64,000 nucleotides of DNA from Thalassobaculaceae bacterium (GCA_040223655.1 JAVKFT010000028.1:234230-298229); one strand, 5' to 3'. Shown: positions 9,966 to 19,987, counted from the stretch's first letter. Notes: generated from the sequence alone by a model not told the origin. Numbers and translations are program-made.

Positions 9966-10689
9966 CGACGACCTCCTGGTCCGGCAGGGTCTTACCGGTC
10001 TTCGCTTCCCGCAGCTCCGGCGACAGCCGGTACTCGATCCACATGATCAGGCGCGTCGCCAGGAAATTGATCACCAGATAGAACGCGGCGGCGATGAACA
10101 AGGGTTCGATGCTGAAGGTGGCCGAGGTCTCCTTGCGCGCGATCAGCGTCATGTCGAGGATCGTGATCGTGCTGGCCAGGGAGGTCGACTTGACCATCAG
10201 AACGATCTCGTTGCCGTAGCCGGGCAGGGCCTGGCGGATCGCCTGGGGGAAGATCACCCGGCGGAACCGGAGTGCCAGACCCATGCCGCAGGCCTTGGCC
10301 GCCTCCACCTGCCCCCAGGGCACGGACTGCAGCCCGCCCCGGATGATCTCCGAGGTGTAGGCGGTGGTGTTCAGGGTCAGCGCCAGGATCGCGCACCAGT
10401 GGGCTTCGCGTAGGAAGGGCCAGAACACGCTCTTCTGCACCGCCTCGAACTGGCCGAGCCCGTAATAGATCAGGAAGATCTGCACCAGCAGCGGCGTCGA
10501 GCGGAAAAGGTACACATAGGCATAGGCGAACCAGCGCAGCGGCGGGATCGGCGACAGGCGCAGAAGCGCTAGGCCGATCGCCAGGAAGAAGCCGAGGGCG
10601 AGCGACGAGGCCGCCAGTGTCAGCGTCCACGGCAGGCCGTTGGCGATGAGCTCCCAGGTATTGGCCGGATCCTCGAACAGTTCGATCAT
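9955..10689 (-). CDS. Polar amino-acid ABC transporter permease (HisM/ArtM/OccM family)
   Basis: FRSTPLLVQIFLIYYG, AYTSEIIRGG, EAA loop GQVEAAKACGM. Confidence 0.93.
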   Translation of the reverse strand: MIELFEDPANTWELIANGLPWTLTLAASSLALGFFLAIGLALLRLSPIPPLRWFAYAYVYLFRSTPLLVQIFLIYYGLGQFEAVQKSVFWPFLREAHWCAILALTLNTTAYTSEIIRGGLQSVPWGQVEAAKACGMGLALRFRRVIFPQAIRQALPGYGNEIVLMVKSTSLASTITILDMTLIARKETSATFSIEPLFIAAAFYLVINFLATRLIMWIEYRLSPELREAKTGKTLPDQEVVGAR

Positions 10690-10692
10690 CGC

Positions 10693-11406
10693 TCAGGCCC
10701 TCCGCACGCCGCGGTTGGCGACGACCTCGACCCGGTCGAAAACCTTGTTCGACAGGGAGGTGAGGGCGAGATAGAGCACCGCGGCGGTCACGAAGAACAC
10801 CATCGGCTGCTTGGTCGAACCCGAGGCGACGAAGGCCTGGCGCATGATCTCGGTCAGGCCGACCACGGAGATCAGGGACGTGTCCTTCAGGGTGAGCTGC
10901 CAGACATTGCCGAGCCCCGGCAGGGCGTAGCGGGCGACCTGAGGCACGAGGATGCGGCGGAAGCGGGTCCAGCGGCTCATGCCGCAGGCCTTGGCGGCCT
11001 CGATCTGCCCCTTCGGCACGGCCAGCACCGCGCCGCGGATCACCTCGGTCGAATAGGCGCCGGAGATGAAGCCCAGGGCCAGGACGCCGGTGGTCAGGGC
11101 GTTGAACTCGATGTACCCGTCATAGCCGAACAGCTTGGCCACGGCCATCGCCGCCTGCCCGCCGCCGAAGAAGATGATGTAGATGGTGATCAGATCGGGG
11201 ATGCCGCGCACGAGGGTCGTGTAGACGTCGCCCAGCAGCGGGACCAGCGGCACCCGGGAGAGCTTGACCGCCGCGCCGCCGGCACCGATGACGATGCCCA
11301 GCGCGAAGGAGATCACGGCCACCAGCAGCGTCCATCCGGCGCCGCGGACCATCTCGTCTCCCCAGCCCGAGTCGCCCCAGGCCAGCAGGCTCAACCATTC
11401 AGGCAT
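10693..11406 (-). CDS. Polar amino-acid ABC transporter permease (HisQ/ArtQ/OccQ family)
   Basis: RGIPDL, AYSTEVIRGA, GQIEAAKACGM, LKDTSLISVVG. Confidence 0.93.
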   Translation of the reverse strand: MPEWLSLLAWGDSGWGDEMVRGAGWTLLVAVISFALGIVIGAGGAAVKLSRVPLVPLLGDVYTTLVRGIPDLITIYIIFFGGGQAAMAVAKLFGYDGYIEFNALTTGVLALGFISGAYSTEVIRGAVLAVPKGQIEAAKACGMSRWTRFRRILVPQVARYALPGLGNVWQLTLKDTSLISVVGLTEIMRQAFVASGSTKQPMVFFVTAAVLYLALTSLSNKVFDRVEVVANRGVRRA

Positions 11407-11437
11407 GCGCCGTTCGTCCCCCGACCGTCGTCAAAGC

Positions 11438-11469
11438 GGACGGGGACGACCGCACGGCCGTCCCCGTCC
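11438..11469. other. Intercistronic stem-loop between binding-protein and permease genes
   Basis: GGACGGGGACG-N10-CGTCCCCGTCC perfect 11-bp stem; position typical of mRNA-stabilising hairpins in ABC operons (inference). Confidence 0.6.
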
Positions 11470-11489
11470 ATGGTGCCCGCGGTCTGCGA

Positions 11490-12347
11490 TCAGTCCTTGG
11501 CGGAAGCGTCGAAGCCGAAATGCTCGATCGCCAGCTTGCTCAGCGTGCCGTCGGCGATGGCCTCGCCGATCGCCTTGGAGAACATGTCGGCCAGGGCCTG
11601 GTCTTCCTGGCGGATGCCGGCGCCGACGCCGTCGCCGAACGGACCGCCGGTGAAGCCCGGGCCGACGATCTCCAGGCCCTTGCCAGCGTCCTTCTCGAGC
11701 AGCGGCTTCCAGTACGACATGGCGGCAAGCGCCGCGTCGATGCGGCCGGCCTGCAGGTCGAGATCCAGGTTCTCCTGGGTGTCGTAGGTCTTCACCGTTA
11801 CGTCGCCGGCGATGTACTCGTTCAGGAAGTTCTCGTGGGTCGTGGCGATCTGCACGCCGACGGTCTTGCCGGCGAAGGCTTCCTTCACCTTGCCGATGGC
11901 CGCCATCTCAGCGTCGCTCACGTCGGCCATGGTGACCGCGTCCAGATCGACCGCGAAACCGGCGAGCGGACCGTCGGACTTCACCACGAACACCGCCGGG
12001 GTGGCGGCGTAGGAGCGCGAGAAAGTGATCACTTCCTTGCGCTTCTCGGTGATCGACATGCCGGCCATGATCACGTCGTACTTGCCGGCCTGCAGGGCCG
12101 GAATGATGCCTTCCCAGGCCTGCTGCTGCAGGGTGCACTCCAGCTCCAGGCGGGCGCAGAGGTCCTGGTACAGATCGACCTCGAAGCCGACCAGCGCGCC
12201 GGAGGAATCCGTGTAGTTCCACGGCGCATAGGCGCCCTCGGTGGCGATCCGGACGGTGGAGCCCTTGCCCCAGTCGGCGGCAGAGGCCGTCGAGGCGACG
12301 CCGGCCGCCAGGGCCGCGGCCGCAAGCATCGTGGTCAGCATTTTCAT
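11490..12347 (-). CDS. Basic amino-acid/opine ABC transporter substrate-binding protein
   Basis: Signal peptide; IATEGAYAPWN, GFEVDL, WEGIIPALQAGKYDVIMAGMSITEKR. Confidence 0.93.
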   Translation of the reverse strand: MKMLTTMLAAAALAAGVASTASAADWGKGSTVRIATEGAYAPWNYTDSSGALVGFEVDLYQDLCARLELECTLQQQAWEGIIPALQAGKYDVIMAGMSITEKRKEVITFSRSYAATPAVFVVKSDGPLAGFAVDLDAVTMADVSDAEMAAIGKVKEAFAGKTVGVQIATTHENFLNEYIAGDVTVKTYDTQENLDLDLQAGRIDAALAAMSYWKPLLEKDAGKGLEIVGPGFTGGPFGDGVGAGIRQEDQALADMFSKAIGEAIADGTLSKLAIEHFGFDASAKD

Positions 12348-12411
12348 GTGAAGTCCTCCTGGTTGAACCCGTCCCTCCGGATTGGCCCTCCGGATCGGAT
12401 CGGTTGTGGGA

Positions 12412-13248
12412 TCAATGGCCCGCAGCCGCCCCTTCGGTGGTCGCGAGAAACTGGCGGCAGCGTTCCGAAGTCGGGCTGCCGAACACCTGCGACGGCGGAC
12501 CCTGTTCCTCGATCCGCCCCTGATGGAGGAAGACGACCTCGTCGGACACTTCCCGGGCGAAGCGCATCTCGTGGGTGACGATGATCATCGTGCGCCCCTC
12601 CTCGGCGAGCTGGCGCATCACGCGGAGCACCTCGCCCACCAGTTCCGGGTCGAGCGCCGAGGTCGGCTCGTCGAACAGCATGACGCGCGGTTCCATGGCA
12701 AGCGCGCGGGCGATGGCGCAGCGCTGCTGCTGGCCGCCGGAGAGATGGGCCGGATACTGATCGCGCTTGTCGACGATCCCGACCTTGTCGAGCAGCGCCT
12801 CGGCCTTCTCGATCGCCTCCCGCTTCGGCACGCCGAGCACGTGGACCGGCGCCTCGATCACGTTCTCGAGGACCGTCATATGCGTCCAGAGGTTGAAGCT
12901 CTGGAACACCATCGCGAGGCGGGAGCGGATGCGGTCGACCTGTTTCATGTCCGCCGGCTTCATGCCGCCGGTTCGGGACGGGACCATGCGGATCAGCTCG
13001 CCATCGACCCGCACCTCGCCGGCGTCGGGGGTCTCAAGCAGGTTGATGCAGCGCAGAAAGGTCGACTTCCCCGACCCGGACGCGCCGATCATGGAGATGA
13101 CGTTGCTGTTTGCCGTCGAGACCGATACGCCCTTCAGGACTTCCAGGGGGCCGAAGCGCTTGTGGATATCCGTGACCTCCAGCATCGGAGTGCCGGTCGC
13201 GGATGCGGTGCTGTGGACGCCTGTCGTCCGGGCCTCGGCGTTGGCCAT
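12412..13248 (-). CDS. Polar amino-acid ABC transporter ATP-binding protein (HisP family)
   Basis: [38 protein letters not shown]; start 13248 or 13185. Confidence 0.95.
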   Translation of the reverse strand: MANAEARTTGVHSTASATGTPMLEVTDIHKRFGPLEVLKGVSVSTANSNVISMIGASGSGKSTFLRCINLLETPDAGEVRVDGELIRMVPSRTGGMKPADMKQVDRIRSRLAMVFQSFNLWTHMTVLENVIEAPVHVLGVPKREAIEKAEALLDKVGIVDKRDQYPAHLSGGQQQRCAIARALAMEPRVMLFDEPTSALDPELVGEVLRVMRQLAEEGRTMIIVTHEMRFAREVSDEVVFLHQGRIEEQGPPSQVFGSPTSERCRQFLATTEGAAAGH

Positions 13249-13383
13249 CGGCAATAAACCCAAGTGTGCGCTGCAATAATTATGCAATGGGCGCAGCATA
13301 ACCGCCTCACGTCCGGCGGCAAGCTCTATCGGCAAGCTGTATGGGTCGGCGAACGACGGTGCGATCGACCAGGATGCGGCCGA

Positions 13384-14061
13384 TCAGGCGGAGGAGCTGC
13401 GGGCGGCCCGCCAGGCACGGGCGAACCGGCCCGGATTGGGCAGGTAGGCGCCGGCGGACTTCAGGCGTCCGGTCAACTTCGGGATCTTCATGACGTCGGC
13501 GATCCGGCGATCGAGGAAGGCCCAGGTATCGGCATGGCCTTCGGACGCGTCGTCCAGCCAGTACAGCAGCGTCGAGCTGTACACGGCCGCCAGCAGGCCG
13601 CGCTTGGTGTAGAAGTTGTAGTCGGTCGAGGTGTCGCCGCAGGTCCGCCAGATCGTGTCGACCGTCCGGTAGAGGCCGCGGGCGCCGACCCGGGCGTTTC
13701 CGGGCAGCGCGAGGTAGGAGAGCGCGCGGCGCACCGCCTCCTTGTTCGCTTCGGCACGTTCCAGCCGGACCCGCACGCCGAGCGCGACCTTCTCGCGGAT
13801 CTTAAGGTCTTCGAGGCCGTGCGCCTCCATGTCTGCCGCCATCTGCGCATCCGCCCTGGCAAGCCAGTGGGAGACCGCATCGCGGACACCGGCGGGAAAG
13901 GCGATGTCCACATCCTCCGCCGGCAGGCCGAGGGACCGGGCGCCATCGACCAGACTGCGCCGCGTCCAGCCATCGAACAGAACGTTCGGAAGGGCGGCGT
14001 CCAGGATCCGGTCGCGCAGGGCGTCCATCGGGTTGGTCGGCGCGTCGCCGTCAGCGGACAT
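13384..14061 (-). CDS. COQ9 family ubiquinone-biosynthesis lipid-binding protein (rpsU-divergent protein)
   Basis: VLFDGW, DTIWRTCGDTSTDYNFYTKRGLLAAVYSST, TWAFLDRRIADVM; near divergent rpsU. Confidence 0.9.
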   Translation of the reverse strand: MSADGDAPTNPMDALRDRILDAALPNVLFDGWTRRSLVDGARSLGLPAEDVDIAFPAGVRDAVSHWLARADAQMAADMEAHGLEDLKIREKVALGVRVRLERAEANKEAVRRALSYLALPGNARVGARGLYRTVDTIWRTCGDTSTDYNFYTKRGLLAAVYSSTLLYWLDDASEGHADTWAFLDRRIADVMKIPKLTGRLKSAGAYLPNPGRFARAWRAARSSSA

Positions 14062-14656
14062 CGGCTGGCTCCTGTGGGACGGTTCCGGACTGGATGGGTA
14101 TCGGGCCTTCGATTGGCGCAGGGACGGCGTGCAGCTCTGCCTCCATCAGTTCCTCCACATACCCGAAGCGGGTGAAGTCGGTCATGCGGTCGAGATAGAG
14201 GATGCCGTCCAGGTGGTCGACCTCGTGCTGCAGGACCCGCGCCCGCATGCCGGTCATCACCGTGTCCACCGGCCGGCCCTCCGGCGTGACCGCCGTCAGC
14301 CGAACGCGCTGCCAGCGCTCCACCTCGCCGCGCATGCCGGGGATCGAGAGGCACCCCTCCATCGCCAGCGCCCGGTCCTCGCCGATCGGCGTCAGCGCGG
14401 GGTTCACGAGAGCGGTGAGGGCGAGCGGACCGTCATCCGGATCTTCGGTGCGGCGGGCCGCCGGCACGGAGATCAGGATGACCCGCAGCGACACCCCGAT
14501 CTGCGGGGCGGCGAGGCCGATTCCGCCTGCCTCGGCGAGACTGGCCTCCATCTCGGCCACAAGATCGCGGATTTCCGGCGCCGTCGGGTCGGTGACGGGT
14601 TCCGCCACCCGCCGAAGAACCGGATCGCCTGCGCGCACTATGGACTTCGCACTCAT
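14051..14656 (-). CDS. def: Peptide deformylase
   Basis: GIGLAAPQIG, EGCLS, QHEVDHLDG; true start ATG 14656 inside the long track ORF. Confidence 0.95.
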   Translation of the reverse strand: MSAKSIVRAGDPVLRRVAEPVTDPTAPEIRDLVAEMEASLAEAGGIGLAAPQIGVSLRVILISVPAARRTEDPDDGPLALTALVNPALTPIGEDRALAMEGCLSIPGMRGEVERWQRVRLTAVTPEGRPVDTVMTGMRARVLQHEVDHLDGILYLDRMTDFTRFGYVEELMEAELHAVPAPIEGPIPIQSGTVPQEPADVR

Positions 14657-14826
14657 GTTGGGGCATATAGCGCGCCCACCGGGGTCGGTCCAGCAGAGGC
14701 GGCCCTGGAACGGCACGGCGTTTTGAGGTATGGTTACCGAACGTACTGGCCGAACGGGATCGAAGGTGAGCCCGTCGAGCCAGCGTTTATTTGTGCCGAG
14801 GCAACGAAGAAAGGAGTGCGAAACCC

Positions 14827-15030
14827 GTGCAAGTATCCGTCCGCGACAACAACGTCGATCAGGCCCTGCGCGCGCTGAAGAAGAAGATGCAGCGCGAGGG
14901 TGTCTTCCGCGAGATGAAGCTGCGCCGCAACTACGAGAAGCCTTCGGAGAAGAAGGCGCGCGAGCGCGCGGAGGCCGTGCGTCGCTATCGTAAGCTGATG
15001 CGCAAGCGCATGGAGCGCGAGGGCTACTAG
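14827..15030 (+). CDS. rpsU: 30S ribosomal protein S21
   Basis: (M)[31 protein letters not shown]; GTG start after AAGGAG. Confidence 0.97.
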   Translation: MQVSVRDNNVDQALRALKKKMQREGVFREMKLRRNYEKPSEKKARERAEAVRRYRKLMRKRMEREGY

Positions 15031-15090
15031 TCTCCGGCCGGGCGGCCCAACCGACCGCCCTGACCTGAAGGCACCGACATGCCGACGCTG

Positions 15091-15116
15091 AGCCGCCCAG
15101 ATCCGGGCGGCTTTTT
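15091..15116 (+). terminator. Rho-independent terminator of rpsU
   Basis: AGCCGCCC-N6-GGGCGGCT followed by TTTT. Confidence 0.8.
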
Positions 15117-15170
15117 GCGTTTGCCGAAAACCCGGCGCGTTGGTCGGCCTCCGGCGTCGCCCCCCTCCAA

Positions 15171-15767
15171 CACTCTCCGGACCGGGTCCGGGGCCAACGC
15201 TGACGCCTGCGCGAGCGCTGTTGATTAGGCCTCGAACCGGAGTTCTCGCCCCAACCCTCACCCCGGAATAAATCCGGGGAGTGGTCTTTGAGGAGTGAAG
15301 CGGTCTGAAGGATGCGAACGGATCCGAGCATGCCTGCCCGATCTCGGCTGGAGCGAAACTCATCGCTCCGGGAAGCAGGCTTCCAAATTCCTCTCCTTCC
15401 CTCCAAACAATCCCCGGACCTGTTCCGGGGCCAACGCTGGCGCCTGCGCGAGCGCTCGTGGCTGGCCTCGTACCGAAGTCCCGCCCCAGACCTCACCCCG
15501 GAATGAATCCGGGGAGTGGTCGGAGAGGCGTTGGGGGCTGAGGGATTTCGAGGGGTCTGGCGAGGTCTGACTAGGCCCGAGCAGGTCCGTCCGACGCCGG
15601 TGGGGACGAAGCGCCCTCCTTCCGCGAACCAATGCCCAATCCCCCCTCCAAACACTGCCCGGATTCATTCCGGGGCAGGGCCTGAAGTGTGCGCGAGCGC
15701 CGATGACTTGCCTCCAACCGGAGCCCCCGCCCCCCAAAACCTCGCCCCGGAATGAATCCGGGGAGTG
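15171..15767. repeat. Array of three REPIN-like units (family 1)
   Basis: Units 15171-15283, 15408-15518, 15653-15767; each bounded by inverted CACT-CCCCGG(A/T-rich loop)CCGGGG hairpins; shared internal GCGCGAGCGC. Confidence 0.85.
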
Positions 15768-15911
15768 GTCTGTTAGGAGCGAAGAAGACGGCGGGGAGCG
15801 CCTAGACGGAGGCGGAGCGGGACCGCCGCAGGCCGCGTGTCCCGATGCGGTCGGGCGTTTCCCCCGCGCCCGTTCTGCTCTAGATTCCGTGGAAACCTTC
15901 GGGAGGACGGC

Positions 15912-16586
15912 ATGAGCGGTCACGACCACCATCACCACGGGCATGACCATGGCCACGAGCATGATCATGGGCACGACCACGAGCATCCGCGGCTGAGCGA
16001 CCTGCAGCTCCGCGTGAAGGCACTCGAGTCGCTTCTGGTCGAGAAGGGCCTGGTGGACCCGGCCGCCCTCGACGTCTTCGTCGACACCTACGAGACCAAG
16101 GTCGGCCCGCGCAACGGCGCCCAGGTCGTCGCCAAGGCCTGGACCGATCCGGCGTTCAAGCAGCGGCTGCTGGAGGACCCGTCCACCACCATCAAGTCTT
16201 TCGGCTTCGAGGGCCGCCAGGGCGAGCACATGGTGGTGGTCGAGAACACCGACACCGTGCACAACCTGGTCGTCTGCACGCTGTGCTCCTGCTACCCGTG
16301 GCCGGTCCTCGGCCTGCCGCCGGTCTGGTACAAGTCGGCGCCCTACCGCTCGCGCGCCGTCAACGATCCGCGCGGCGTGCTGGCGGATTTCGGCACCACC
16401 CTGCCCGACCACGTGGAGATCCGCGTCTGGGATTCGACCGCCGAGATGCGTTACCTGGTCCTGCCGCAGCGCCCGGCCGGCACGGAGAGCCTGAGCGAGG
16501 AGCAGCTCGCCGAGCTCGTCACCCGCAACTCCATGATCGGCGTCGAGACGGTCGCGTACCCTCCGCGCCGGGAGGCGGCGGAATGA
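15912..16586 (+). CDS. nthA: Cobalt-type nitrile hydratase alpha subunit with His-rich N-terminus
   Basis: [11 protein letters not shown] (Thr/Tyr = Co-type); start ATG 15912 after GGAGG. Confidence 0.97.
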   Translation: MSGHDHHHHGHDHGHEHDHGHDHEHPRLSDLQLRVKALESLLVEKGLVDPAALDVFVDTYETKVGPRNGAQVVAKAWTDPAFKQRLLEDPSTTIKSFGFEGRQGEHMVVVENTDTVHNLVVCTLCSCYPWPVLGLPPVWYKSAPYRSRAVNDPRGVLADFGTTLPDHVEIRVWDSTAEMRYLVLPQRPAGTESLSEEQLAELVTRNSMIGVETVAYPPRREAAE

Positions 16587-17233
16587 ACGGCGCGCACGAC
16601 ATGGGCGGCATGCACGGCTTCGGACCGGTCGAGGACGAGCCGGTCGTCCCGATCTTCCACGGCGAGTGGGAGAAAAAGGCCTTCGCGCTGACGCTGGCCT
16701 GTGGCGGCCTCGGCCAGTGGTCGATCGACGAGGCGCGCTACGCTCGCGAACGCCAGCCGCCGGCGCAATATCTGGACAACACCTACTACGAACAGTGGCT
16801 GCACGGCGTCGAGACCATGCTGGTCGAGAAGGGCCTGATCACCCGTGAGGAGCTGGAGAGCGGCAAGGCCGCCGGCCCCGGGAAGGTATCCGCCCTGCCC
16901 GCCGACCGGGTGTTCAAGGCGCTGCAGCAGGGGTCACCCTATCTGCGCGACGTTTCGAACGCGCCGCGCTTCGCGGTCGGCGACACGGTGCGGGTGCTGA
17001 ACTTCCACCCCACCGGCCACACCCGCGCGCCGCGCTATCTCCGCGGCCATGTGGGCACGGTCGTGATGCATCACGGCGCCCATGTCTTCGCCGACACCAG
17101 CGCCACCGGCGACCACGACACAGCCCATCACCTGTACAACGTGTCCTTCGCCGCCGAGGAGCTGTGGGGCCCGCAGAGCCAAGGCGGCAGCGTGCATGCC
17201 GATCTCTGGGAACCGTATCTGGAGCCGGCATGA
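16583..17233 (+). CDS. nthB: Nitrile hydratase beta subunit
   Basis: [34 protein letters not shown]; ATG overlaps the nthA stop. Confidence 0.96.
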   Translation: MNGAHDMGGMHGFGPVEDEPVVPIFHGEWEKKAFALTLACGGLGQWSIDEARYARERQPPAQYLDNTYYEQWLHGVETMLVEKGLITREELESGKAAGPGKVSALPADRVFKALQQGSPYLRDVSNAPRFAVGDTVRVLNFHPTGHTRAPRYLRGHVGTVVMHHGAHVFADTSATGDHDTAHHLYNVSFAAEELWGPQSQGGSVHADLWEPYLEPA

Positions 17234-17601
17234 CCGCGCCCGCCGTACAGATCGAAACCCTGCCGCGAATCCCGGTCGACCATGACGGCCCGGTCTTCCG
17301 CGAACCGTGGGAGGCCCAGGCCTTCGCCATCGCCATCAAGCTGCACGAGGGTGGGCTCTACACCTGGACCGAGTGGGCCGAGGCGCTGTCGCGGGAGATC
17401 GCAGCGGCCCAGGCCGAGGGCGACCCGGATCTGGGCGACACCTATTATCGGCACTGGCTGAAGGCGCTGGAAGGGCTGGTCCTGGCGAAGACGGACCTGA
17501 CGCTCGATCAGCTTCTCAGGCGCAAGAACGCCTGGGACCGCGCCGCCCAGCGCGCGCCCCACGGCGAGCCGATCCTGCTGCCGGAGGACGAGGAGGAGTA
17601 A
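17230..17601 (+). CDS. Nitrile hydratase accessory/activator protein (P14K/NhlE-like)
   Basis: PVFREPWEAQAFA, YYRHWLKALE; coupled to nthB. Confidence 0.9.
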   Translation: MTAPAVQIETLPRIPVDHDGPVFREPWEAQAFAIAIKLHEGGLYTWTEWAEALSREIAAAQAEGDPDLGDTYYRHWLKALEGLVLAKTDLTLDQLLRRKNAWDRAAQRAPHGEPILLPEDEEE

Positions 17602-17643
17602 CGCGCCCGGGTCGCTTCTCGCCCCGCGGGTCTGCCGCTGCGT

Positions 17644-18351
17644 TCAGTCCCCGCGCCTCTCCTGCGGCACCAGCGCGTGCAGGGCCAGGGCCAGTTCGGC
17701 GATCGGCTGGGTCTGGACGATGACCTTGCCGGGGCCGCTGATATGGGTGACGAACAGGCCCTCGCCGCCGAAGACCATGTTCTTGATGCCGCGCTGGAAT
17801 GCGATGTCGTAGTCGCAGGTGGCCGAGAAGCCGACTAGGCAGCCGGTGTCCACCGTCAGCGTCTCGCCCGCCGCCAGGTCGCGCTCGATCAGCGTGCCGC
17901 CGGCGCCGAGGAAGGCCCAGCCGTCGCCCTCCAGCTTCTGCAGGATCAGCCCCTCGCCGCCGAACAGGCCCGATGTGAGGCGCTTGGTCAGGGCGACGGT
18001 GATCTCGATGCCGCGGGCGGAGGCGAGATAGGCCCGGCGCTGGCAGAAGAAGGCGCCGCCCTGGGCGGCGAGGTCGAGCGGCCGGATCTGGCCCGGCATC
18101 GGCGAGGCGAAGGAGACCCGGCGACGCTGGCTGCCCTCGTTGGTGAAGAAGGTCATGAAGAAGGTCTCGCCCGAGACCTTGCGCAGGACGCTGCCGAAGA
18201 AACCGCCCGGCATCTCGGTCGACATGGTGACATCGGGTTCCATCATGACCATCGCGCCGGCCTCGGCCTGAACCGCCTCGCCCGGGTCCAGGGTAATGGT
18301 CAGCATCGGCGAGAAGTCGCCCTCGATCTCGTAGTCGATTTCGTCGGCCAT
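17644..18351 (-). CDS. AIM24 family protein (TIGR00266-like)
   Basis: GEAVQAEAGAMV, GETFFMTFF, GLFGGEGLILQKL, VDTGCLV, FGGEGLF. Confidence 0.9.
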   Translation of the reverse strand: MADEIDYEIEGDFSPMLTITLDPGEAVQAEAGAMVMMEPDVTMSTEMPGGFFGSVLRKVSGETFFMTFFTNEGSQRRRVSFASPMPGQIRPLDLAAQGGAFFCQRRAYLASARGIEITVALTKRLTSGLFGGEGLILQKLEGDGWAFLGAGGTLIERDLAAGETLTVDTGCLVGFSATCDYDIAFQRGIKNMVFGGEGLFVTHISGPGKVIVQTQPIAELALALHALVPQERRGD

Positions 18352-18389
18352 GGACGCGGCTCCGTGGGTCGGATCAGGAAAGCCGCAGG

Positions 18390-18692
18390 CTACACCACCA
18401 GCCGGATCAGGGCGACCACGGCCACGGAGCCGAAGACGGCGACCAGCGCCGACGCACCGGCCCGCCCGATCAGCACCGCGGCGACGATGCACACGGTGGG
18501 CGCCCAGCCGCCTTCGAGCGCGATCGGGCTAAGGATCGCGACGACCAGCGCCCCCGGCAGATGATCCAGCGCCCGGCGGATGAAGCCGCCCTCGGGCACC
18601 AGTCGCATCAGCCAGAATCCGCCGACCCGGGTGAGCCAGGTCACGAAGGCCATGGCCAGGATGGCCGACCAGACGAGCGCCTCCTCCCCCAC
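18390..18692 (-). CDS. azlD: AzlD-domain branched-chain amino-acid export protein
   Basis: ILAMAFVTWLTRVGGF, ALDHLPGALVVAIL; downstream of azlC. Confidence 0.85.
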   Translation of the reverse strand: MGEEALVWSAILAMAFVTWLTRVGGFWLMRLVPEGGFIRRALDHLPGALVVAILSPIALEGGWAPTVCIVAAVLIGRAGASALVAVFGSVAVVALIRLVV

Positions 18693-18695
18693 CGG

Positions 18696-19415
18696 TCAGT
18701 CCTCCCGCATCAGGCCGCCGACCGTGGCGCCGACGAGCCCGCCGACCACCACGTGCCAGGCGCCGCCGGGCATCAGTTCGTGGGCCAGGACCGCCGCCAC
18801 CGCCGCCGCCAGCCAGGGATGCAGGCGGCGCACGCCGGGCCAGAGCGACGACAGGGTCAGCGCGAAGAAGGCGGGGACGATGACATCGATGCCGAACGCT
18901 TTCGGGTCGCCGATCACGCCGCCGGCCAGATGGCCGATCCCGGTGCCGCAGACCCAGCCGACCCACATGATCGCGCCGCTGCCGACGATGAAGGCGGCGT
19001 CACGCTCGCCCTTGCGCCGGTCGGCCATGGCCTGCGCCCAGTTGGCGTCGGTCATGAACGTGAGCGCCGCGTGGGACTGAAGCAGCGGCAGGTCGCGCAG
19101 CCAGGGGCGCAACGCCGCGCCCATCACCACGTGCCGGATATTGATGGCGAAGGCGGCGACCGCGAGGCCCAGCACCGCCGGCGGCACGGTCCACACGTCC
19201 ATCGCCACCATCTGCGAGGCGCCAGCGAAGACGAAGGCGCTCATGCCCAAGGCCTGGACGAGGCCGAGCCCGGTGTCCCGCGCCAGGATGCCGAAACCGA
19301 GCCCGAAGGCGATGGAGGCGAGGGCGAGCGGCAGGCAGACCACCGCACCACGGCGGGCGCCGGCCAGCGTGAAGGTGACCGAGGATGCGTCGGATTTCGC
19401 GCTGCTGTCTTCCAT
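18696..19415 (-). CDS. azlC: AzlC family permease
   Basis: FVFAGASQM, AINIRHVVMGAAL, FMTDANWA. Confidence 0.9.
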   Translation of the reverse strand: MEDSSAKSDASSVTFTLAGARRGAVVCLPLALASIAFGLGFGILARDTGLGLVQALGMSAFVFAGASQMVAMDVWTVPPAVLGLAVAAFAINIRHVVMGAALRPWLRDLPLLQSHAALTFMTDANWAQAMADRRKGERDAAFIVGSGAIMWVGWVCGTGIGHLAGGVIGDPKAFGIDVIVPAFFALTLSSLWPGVRRLHPWLAAAVAAVLAHELMPGGAWHVVVGGLVGATVGGLMRED

Positions 19416-19530
19416 GGGCCCTGTCTAGAGAGTTATCCGGGCGCGGAAAAGATCACGTCGACGGCACCGAAGCTTGCGTCTGCCGACACCGACATTATCT
19501 CAAACGGAAACTTGTTTTAATGGGGAAGCC

Positions 19531-19983
19531 ATGACCAGCACCCGCAAAGCCCGCGCCGTCGGCGTCAACCATATCGCGCTGGAGGTCGGCAACATCGACG
19601 AGGCGCTCGCCTTCTACGGCAGCCTGTTCGAGTTCACCCTGCGCAGCAAAAGCGACACCTCCGCCTTTATCGATCTCGGCGACCAGTTCATCGCCCTGCA
19701 ACAGGGACGCCGCCAGTCGCCGGACGACGGTCGCCATTTCGGCCTGGTGGTCGACGACCGGGACGCCGTGCGGACGGCCCTGGAAGAACAGGGCGTCCAG
19801 GTCCTGCCGGGCCGGTTTCTCGATTTCCTCGACCCCTGGGGCAACCGGATCGAGATCGTTCCCTACGAGAACATTCAGTTCTCCAAAACCGACGGCGTAC
19901 TCCGCGGCATGGGGATGAGCGACCTGGAGAAGAACGAGAGCGCCCGCAACGAACTCGCCGAGAAGGGGATGGGGCCCGGCTGA
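19531..19983 (+). CDS. VOC/glyoxalase family protein
   Basis: GVNHIALEV, RHFGLVV, DPWGNRIEIV. Confidence 0.85.
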   Translation: MTSTRKARAVGVNHIALEVGNIDEALAFYGSLFEFTLRSKSDTSAFIDLGDQFIALQQGRRQSPDDGRHFGLVVDDRDAVRTALEEQGVQVLPGRFLDFLDPWGNRIEIVPYENIQFSKTDGVLRGMGMSDLEKNESARNELAEKGMGPG

Positions 19984-19987
19984 CCGG

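Noticed and set aside
13272-13286. TGCAATAATTATGCA upstream of the amino-acid ABC ATPase as an ARG box
   Set aside because: Single imperfect match; ArgR sites are usually tandem and I cannot confirm ArgR in this organism. It may still be some operator.
14657-15655. 534-aa track ORF 14051..15655 as one large protein
   Set aside because: Only the C-terminal ~200 aa is peptide deformylase; the rest runs antisense through rpsU and the repeat array.
15171-15767. Possible CRISPR array (also 49815-50327 and 40424-40725)
   Set aside because: Units are 111-153-bp inverted doublets rather than 23-47-bp direct repeats, there are only 2-3 units, spacers are far longer than CRISPR spacers, and no cas genes are in the window; REPIN architecture fits better.
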